Positions 15,314-16,472 of a stretch of 16,472 nt of DNA are shown piece after piece. Origin of the DNA: an uncultured bacterium (GTDB taxonomy: Bacteria > Hydrogenedentota > Hydrogenedentia > Hydrogenedentales > JAEUWI01). The stretch covers positions 1 through 16,472 of the forward strand of contig CAXBPH010000150.1 of assembly GCA_963977445.1 (NCBI GenBank), read 5' to 3'. Within the stretch, counting starts at the first letter, position 1, and every line of letters begins with the position of its first letter. The position numbers were made by a program, and so were the translations under genes. Under the pieces are notes generated by a model. It worked only from the letters and a program-made list of their open reading frames with translations. It was not told the DNA's origin and did not search any database.

Positions 15314-16471
15314 CTAACGAAGCGCGTGGGCGGGCCGGCCTGGTAAGCTGAGGATACAGTCGAAAAGACGTTTGGCGAGGTCCGTTTTGGAGAGGAGGGG
15401 GAGCTCTTCGGCTTGCTGACCGGGAACGAGAAACCAGGCTCGGCTGGTATCGCTTCCGAAGCCGGAATCGGCACCTGCCACGTCGTTGGCGACGATCAGG
15501 TCCAATTGCTTCTCTTCCAGTTTGCGCTGGGCATTGGCGAGAAAATCCTGGGTTTCGGCGGCAAACCCGATGATGGTTTGGTGGTCCGCTTTGTTGCGTC
15601 CGGCGAAAGCGGCTATATCCGGGTTGGCAATCAATTCCAGGCGAAGGACATCGTCCGTTCGCTTGTGCTTCTGGTCCAAGGGGTGTTCTATTCGATAATC
15701 CGCCACGGCGGCCGCGCCGATGAATATATCTGTGGTGGGCAGCGCGTTGGACACGGCTTCGAGCATCGCTTGTGCCGTGGGGGCGGGTACAGTGGTTGCC
15801 TGATACGGGGGCGGTACGTCGCAGGGGCCCGTGACGACGGTGACGGTGGCACCCCGCTTCAGGGCTTCCATGGCGATGGCGTGACCCATTTTCCCACTGC
15901 TTCGGTTACCGATGTAGCGGACCGGGTCGATAGGCTCATGGTTGGCCCCGCTTGTAATCAATACCCGTTTACCTGCGAGGGAACGGTCATTTCGAATCGC
16001 GATGGCGGCGGCTTCGAGGATCGCCGGCGTGTCAATGAGTCGGCCTGCGCCAAACTCACCGCAGGCCAGTTGCCCCGATCCGGGACCGACAAAGCGGCAT
16101 CCCCGGGCGGTCAGGAGGGCAATATTATCCTGGGTGGCGGGGGCGAAGAGTGTGGGGGCCCGGGTGGCGAGTAAGGTGGTGGTGAGCCAATCATCGGCGA
16201 GCCCGTGGGCGGCTTTGGCGATGACATTGGCGGTGGCCGGTGCAATCAGGAAGAGGTTTGCACGGCGGGCCACGGCGATATGTTCAATCTCGGGGTTCTG
16301 GGCGGGCTCGAACATTTCGGTGATAACCCGATTGCCCGTAATGCCCTCCAGGCTCGCGGCCCCAACGAACTCGCGCCCCCCGCTGGACAGTACCGGGATA
16401 ACTTCGGCCCCGGCCTCGACCAGTCGAGAGGCGACTTCACATGCTTTATAGGCGGCGATAGATCCGGTGAC
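15314..16471 (-). CDS. coaBC: Bifunctional phosphopantothenoylcysteine decarboxylase/synthetase CoaBC (Dfp); 5' end outside the window; apparent internal in-frame deletion
   Basis: The frame is open to the window edge (VTGSIAAYKACEVASRL... upstream of the ORF-track Met). Motifs IAPATANVIAKAAHGLADD, LACG..GAGRL, EPIDPVRYIGNRSSGKMG, AAAVADY, GFAAET, DLIVAND. Confidence 0.95.
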   Translation of the reverse strand, partial: VTGSIAAYKACEVASRLVEAGAEVIPVLSSGGREFVGAASLEGITGNRVITEMFEPAQNPEIEHIAVARRANLFLIAPATANVIAKAAHGLADDWLTTTLLATRAPTLFAPATQDNIALLTARGCRFVGPGSGQLACGEFGAGRLIDTPAILEAAAIAIRNDRSLAGKRVLITSGANHEPIDPVRYIGNRSSGKMGHAIAMEALKRGATVTVVTGPCDVPPPYQATTVPAPTAQAMLEAVSNALPTTDIFIGAAAVADYRIEHPLDQKHKRTDDVLRLELIANPDIAAFAGRNKADHQTIIGFAAETQDFLANAQRKLEEKQLDLIVANDVAGADSGFGSDTSRAWFLVPGQQAEELPLLSKTDLAKRLFDCILSLPGRPAHALR

Positions 16472-16472
16472 G

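Overview
A 16.5 kb, gene-dense, GC-rich bacterial chromosomal window of mostly housekeeping and motility genes, largely on the minus strand. Left to right: (1) a coupled minus-strand operon, transcribed as M28/glutaminyl-cyclase-like enzyme, GAF histidine kinase, small poly-Lys-tailed membrane protein, and a TPR protein cut by the window edge; (2) a divergent DRE-TIM (HOA-like) aldolase gene with a bidirectional terminator; (3) a compact flagellar switch/regulatory cluster (fliM, FliN/FliY-like, fliA, hypothetical, TM/coiled-coil/HTH protein, FliK-like, FlhB-C-like); (4) a GT2 glycosyltransferase plus polysaccharide deacetylase pair, divergent from xerD; (5) a LacI regulator, a TPR membrane protein and a 5'-truncated coaBC. 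I see no CRISPR array, rRNA, tRNA, IS element or prophage, and I cannot support a wholly new system. The best anomalies are an apparent in-frame ~10-codon deletion of the PxMNxxM motif in CoaBC, an animal-type glutaminyl cyclase coupled to an orphan kinase, and a FliY-like protein with degenerate phosphatase motifs and an internal CheY-binding-like peptide. All family assignments come from motif recognition, not database searches.
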